Shown here piece by piece: positions 60,156-64,000 of a DNA stretch of 64,000 nucleotides. The stretch is from Chloroflexota bacterium (GTDB taxonomy: Bacteria; Chloroflexota; Dehalococcoidia; UBA2979): positions 1-64,000 of the forward strand of contig JAQCIU010000016.1 in NCBI GenBank assembly GCA_027593235.1, given 5' to 3'. The translations under genes were made by a program, and so were the position numbers. The notes beneath the pieces were generated by a model. The model ran no database searches, was not told the DNA's origin, and was given only the letters and a program-made list of their open reading frames with translations. The stretch's first letter is position 1. Every line of letters starts with the position of its first letter.

Positions 60156-61046
60156 ATGCGACAGACCGCCCGCCGATACCTGCCTCGTCCGATCCGCCTC
60201 GCCGTCGCGCTGCTCAGGCGCGCCGCCGCCGACGCGCTGGCGGGCTACCGATTCGCCTCGAGTCGCGCCGGCATCGAGGGCTTCGTCCAGCCGTTCAGAC
60301 GGTATGCGCTGCCGCTCCGGGTCTATCCGGGACAAGAAGCGGTCGCCGAGGCAAAACGCCGCAACTCCCTGATCCTCGCGGCCGCGCTGGACGGCACAGT
60401 CGTCGGTCCGGGTGAGGTCTGGTCGCTGTGGCGGTTCGCCGGCGCACGGACACGCCGAAAGGGCTACGGCGAAGCCGCCGCGATCGTCGACGGCGAACTC
60501 ACGACCTCGGTCGGCGGCGCGACCTGCCTGGTCTCGACGGTGATCTTCAACGCGGGGCTGATCGCGGGCCTCGACGTCGTCGAGCGAACGCAGCACTCGG
60601 TCGATACCTACGGAGAACGCCGCTACTTCGAACTCGGACGCGACGCCACGATCGAGTACGGGTACCTCGATCTGCGCTTTGCCAATCCGTATCCCTACCC
60701 GCTCCGCCTCACGGTGACGGTTGAGCCGGACGAGGTCCGCGCGGCGTTTCACGCGCCCGCGCATCGCCCGATCGACGTCCTGGTCGAGGTGCGCGTCGAT
60801 CGCTCCAACCCCTCGGTGATCCGCACCGAGACCATCCAGACGACCCGGGGCACGATGCTCCCGACGCGCCGCTGGATCGGGCATTCCAGCTACCGAGTGC
60901 CGGTGTCAGCCCCAGCGACCGCCCGGACAACTGGGCGCGGTATCCAGAGCCTGACGAGCAATGGCGCAGCCCGCGACGGAGTGCCATCGTCCCGCGGGAA
61001 TCCGACGTTCGGCAGCGGGCACGTCGCGGTGGGGCCGCTACCGTGA
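60156..61046 (+). CDS. VanW-family protein
   Basis: GYGEA, VGGATCLVSTVIFNA, ERTQHS, GRDATI, DLRFANP. Confidence 0.88.
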   Translation: MRQTARRYLPRPIRLAVALLRRAAADALAGYRFASSRAGIEGFVQPFRRYALPLRVYPGQEAVAEAKRRNSLILAAALDGTVVGPGEVWSLWRFAGARTRRKGYGEAAAIVDGELTTSVGGATCLVSTVIFNAGLIAGLDVVERTQHSVDTYGERRYFELGRDATIEYGYLDLRFANPYPYPLRLTVTVEPDEVRAAFHAPAHRPIDVLVEVRVDRSNPSVIRTETIQTTRGTMLPTRRWIGHSSYRVPVSAPATARTTGRGIQSLTSNGAARDGVPSSRGNPTFGSGHVAVGPLP

Positions 61047-61099
61047 AATCGCCCGGCGGCGCCGGCCCACGGCGCCCGGGCGCTACCGGGAGGTGCAGC

Positions 61100-61648
61100 A
61101 TGACCCGCGCACTCGTCGTCTTCGAATCCATGTACGGCAATAACCAGCAGCTAGCCGCCGCGATCGCCGATGGCGTGCGATCCGCCGGCGGCCTGGCAGA
61201 GGTCCTCGAGGTGAGCGACGCTCCACGCGCGCTGCCGGCAGACGTGTCGCTGCTACTCGTCGGTGCTCCAAACCACGCGACCGGGCTGCCGCATCAATCA
61301 GGTCGAACGAGCGCCGCGAAAGAGACCGATCAACCGCTGGTCTCGAGCGGGATCGGGTTGCGCGAGTGGTTCGACCAACTCGAGAAGCCCCCGCATGCCG
61401 TGAGCGCGGCCGGATGGGATACCCGGCTCACCAAGCCGCGCTTCCTGCGCTTCCTCGATCGCGCGTCCCGCGGCATCGAGCAGCGCCTCCGCCGTCGAGG
61501 GCTGCGGATCGTCGTCCGCGCGGAGCACTTCTACGTGACCGGCACCACCGGTCCGCTCGCCGACGGCGAGCTAGACCGCGCGCGCCAGTGGGGGACCGCA
61601 CTCGCCTCGTACGTCACGACCTCGGAACCAGCGCGGTCGGAACGGTAG
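61100..61648 (+). CDS. flavodoxin-like protein
   Basis: VVFESMYGNN, LLVGAP, GLREW, GPLADGELDRA. Confidence 0.88.
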   Translation: MTRALVVFESMYGNNQQLAAAIADGVRSAGGLAEVLEVSDAPRALPADVSLLLVGAPNHATGLPHQSGRTSAAKETDQPLVSSGIGLREWFDQLEKPPHAVSAAGWDTRLTKPRFLRFLDRASRGIEQRLRRRGLRIVVRAEHFYVTGTTGPLADGELDRARQWGTALASYVTTSEPARSER

Positions 61649-61672
61649 GCCGCTCGTCGCCGTGATCACAGA

Positions 61673-62056
61673 ATGAGGTTCAACCGCTCGGTGCTGGTCA
61701 CGGCACTGCTGGCCGAGAAGGTCGTGCAGCACGCCTTCATCACCTGGGGCTTCACGACGGACCGCTTCGATCTCCGGGCGGACGCGCCGTTCGACCACCG
61801 CTGGTTCGCGGTCAGCGGTGGCGTCGTCGCGATCCTCTTCGCGGTCGCCCTCGCTGGCAAGCTCCGTCGCGCCCGCTGGCATGCCCCGCTCTACGCGGGC
61901 CTCGCTGCCTTCGATATCGCCGGGGAGTTCGTCTACCAGGGTGGCCCGAGGATCGTCATCACGGTGTCGCTGCTCGTCGCAACGGTGTTGTTCGTCGCGG
62001 GCGTCCGTGAGATCCGTCGACCCGCGACCCAGGCGCTACCCGCCGAGGATCCGTGA
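61673..62056 (+). CDS. small integral membrane protein
   Basis: About 4 hydrophobic segments. Confidence 0.65.
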   Translation: MRFNRSVLVTALLAEKVVQHAFITWGFTTDRFDLRADAPFDHRWFAVSGGVVAILFAVALAGKLRRARWHAPLYAGLAAFDIAGEFVYQGGPRIVITVSLLVATVLFVAGVREIRRPATQALPAEDP

Positions 62057-62070
62057 TTTCCGGACAGCAA

Positions 62071-62097
62071 ACGGGCCGGGGATGTCCCCCGGCCCGT
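62071..62097. terminator. hairpin between convergent genes (probable guaB3 terminator)
   Basis: ACGGGCCGGGG/CCCCGGCCCGT stem followed by TT on the minus strand. Confidence 0.7.
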
Positions 62098-62132
62098 CGT
62101 GTGCCGATAGCGGAGGGGCCTGAGCCCGAGGC

Positions 62133-63350
62133 CTAGACGCCCGCCGGGCGGGTCTGCGCAATCTGGTAAATCTTGCCCTCGGTCTTGATCGACGGCGCGA
62201 TGATCATTCGTGCGTCGTGGAACTCCTGGATCGTCCGCGCCCCGCACGTCGCCATCGACGTAGTGAGCGCACCAACGAGGTTTTCCGTACCGTTCGTCTG
62301 AGAAGTCGGCCCGAACAGCAACTTCTCCACCGTGTGCGTCTGTCCCACCTCGACGCGCACCCCCCGAGGCAGCGCGGAGTGCGGCGTCGCCATTCCCCAG
62401 TGGAATCCGCGGCCGGGTGCACCATCGCAACTTGCGAACGGCGACCCGATCATCACGGCGTCGGCGCCGGCGCAGATCGACTTCGACACGTCGCCGCCGG
62501 TGCGCAGGCCGCCGTCGGTGATGATCGGGACGTAGCGACCGGTGCGCTCGAAGTAGACGTCGCGCGCGTAAGCCGTCTCGATGGTCGCGCTGACCTGCGG
62601 CATGCCGATGCCGAGCACCTCGCGCGAGGTGCAGGCCGCGCCCGGACCGACGCCGACGAGCACGCCGTGGACGCCGGTGTCCATCAGCTCCAGCGTCGCC
62701 TGGAAGTCGACGGTGTTGCCGACGAGGATCGGCACCCCGTCCATCTGCCGCACCAGCTCATCGAGCCGGAGCCCCTTGAGCGAGCTGGAGACGTGGCGCG
62801 CGGTGGTGACGGTGGAGGCGACGACGAAGTAATCCGTGCCGGCGTCCTTGGTGATCGGGGCGAACTTCTTGGTGTTCTGTGGGGTGCCCGCAACGATCGC
62901 GATGCCGCCGCCGGCCTTGATCTCTTCGACGCGTTGGCCGACCAGGTGCTCCTTGACCGGCTCGCTGTAGATCCGCTGGATCGTGGCGGTCGCCTGATCG
63001 ATCGAGGCGGCGGCGATCTCCTCGAGGACCGCGTCCGCATCCTCGTAGCGCGTCCACACGCCATCGAGGTTGAGAACGGCCAGTCCGCCGAGCTGGGTCA
63101 TCCGGATCGCGAACTTCGGATCGACCACCCCATCCATCGAGGATGCAATGATCGGGGTGCGGAACGTGTGCTCCCCGAGCGTGAACGTCGGTTCCACCAG
63201 CTCCGGGTTCGTCGTCACGGCTCCGGGCACGATTGCCACATCGTCGAAGCCATAGCTGTGATCGAGCTGCTTCGGTCGCGCTGCCATGCGCTCCAGTTCC
63301 TCACTGCTCGTCGCGGTCGTCGTCGGTCGATCCAGTACCAAGGTCCCCAC
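62133..63350 (-). CDS. guaB3: GuaB3-family IMP dehydrogenase-related protein (start uncertain)
   Basis: YGFDDVAIVP, GLAVLNLDG, GVGPGAACTSR, ITDGG, HWGMA; no CBS domain. Confidence 0.92.
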   Translation of the reverse strand: MGTLVLDRPTTTATSSEELERMAARPKQLDHSYGFDDVAIVPGAVTTNPELVEPTFTLGEHTFRTPIIASSMDGVVDPKFAIRMTQLGGLAVLNLDGVWTRYEDADAVLEEIAAASIDQATATIQRIYSEPVKEHLVGQRVEEIKAGGGIAIVAGTPQNTKKFAPITKDAGTDYFVVASTVTTARHVSSSLKGLRLDELVRQMDGVPILVGNTVDFQATLELMDTGVHGVLVGVGPGAACTSREVLGIGMPQVSATIETAYARDVYFERTGRYVPIITDGGLRTGGDVSKSICAGADAVMIGSPFASCDGAPGRGFHWGMATPHSALPRGVRVEVGQTHTVEKLLFGPTSQTNGTENLVGALTTSMATCGARTIQEFHDARMIIAPSIKTEGKIYQIAQTRPAGV

Positions 63351-63499
63351 CCCTTAAACGCAGGAACCCCTCGGATGAGGGGTCCCGTCAAAACGCGTGC
63401 TGCGCCCCTCCACGAATGGAGGAAGCGAAATTGGAATACTTCATCGCCATGGGCATGACCCCGCCATTGGTCACGAACCATCGAAAAGATATTCGACTT

Positions 63500-63528
63500 A
63501 GGTTGCCACCGCCCGCAGCGTTGGTCAA
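63500..63528 (-). promoter_or_regulatory. putative guaB3 promoter
   Basis: TTGACC-17 nt-CAACCT on the minus strand. Confidence 0.45.
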
Positions 63529-63598
63529 ACCGTACCGATCAAGAACGTAAACACATCTGACGGATTGTCAGTGATATCCGGTCCACGAGGACTCGACG

Positions 63599-64000
63599 CT
63601 ATCGATTCGCCTCGAATGGCGGCCACTCGACGGCCGGTTCGGTTTCGGAAGAACCGCCCCACCCCGAACCACACCCGCCACCGCCCAATGTCCACGTGGC
63701 GGTACTGAAGGCGATCCGCCCGTCGTCGAGCACCCCGTATCCGTCCCGCAGCCCCAACTGTGGCAGGTGGTACGAGATCCCCTCTGCCAACGTCACCCCG
63801 AGGCGACCGATGCTCCAAACGTCCCGTCGTTGGCGGCCATGCAACTCAAACGTCCCGTCGATCCGAACGTCGTATTCGCCGAACTCCAGCGTCCCCGCGT
63901 CGATCCATGGCTCGCCGCCGCAGCCACCCGCAAACGAAGGGATGAAGAAGCGAAACAGCGGTTCGGCATCGGCGCTGAACAGATACGCCAACTCGCCGCC
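63599..64000 (-). CDS. hypothetical protein, 3' part (runs off the window)
   Basis: Frame is open to the window edge; no family recognised. Confidence 0.55.
   Translation of the reverse strand, partial: GGELAYLFSADAEPLFRFFIPSFAGGCGGEPWIDAGTLEFGEYDVRIDGTFELHGRQRRDVWSIGRLGVTLAEGISYHLPQLGLRDGYGVLDDGRIAFSTATWTLGGGGCGSGWGGSSETEPAVEWPPFEANR

Noticed and set aside
60156-61046. Vancomycin resistance locus
   Set aside because: A VanW domain alone is widespread; there is no vanA/vanB, vanH, vanX or vanRS.

Overview
High-GC (~69% by eye) bacterial chromosomal segment made mostly of housekeeping genes. It is most consistent with Chloroflexota, probably Dehalococcoidia/Tepidiforma-like. That assignment is inferred from GuaB3, an F420-type LLM oxidoreductase, the FtsK alpha-domain insertion, NLPY-type PrmC, a pan leader and a GAAC-N4-GTTC-like box. 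Contents include murE, rnpB (RNase P RNA), modABC, yceD-rpmF-fabD-fabG-nusB-acpP, tatB/tatC, udg, rnj, ftsK, uvrB, ruvCA, yebC, panBC, mutM, polA, an FtsX-type ABC system, ltaE, tRNA-Glu(CTC), rel, hisS, prfA, prmC and guaB3. I found no integrase, transposase, prophage or CRISPR array. Most notable: (1) a CcdA/DsbD-family protein whose two halves are in swapped (circularly permuted) order; (2) a stand-alone ~250-nt candidate sRNA after ftsK with its own extended -10 promoter, operator-like palindrome and terminator; (3) a comM/yifB pseudogene with three lesions, followed by a 3x28-bp tandem repeat of its own 3' end; (4) a pan-motif-like leader on panBC next to a ThnT-like (pantetheine hydrolase-type) peptidase; (5) a structured guaB3 leader. 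All calls come from reading the sequence and recalling family motifs; no searches or folding programs were run.
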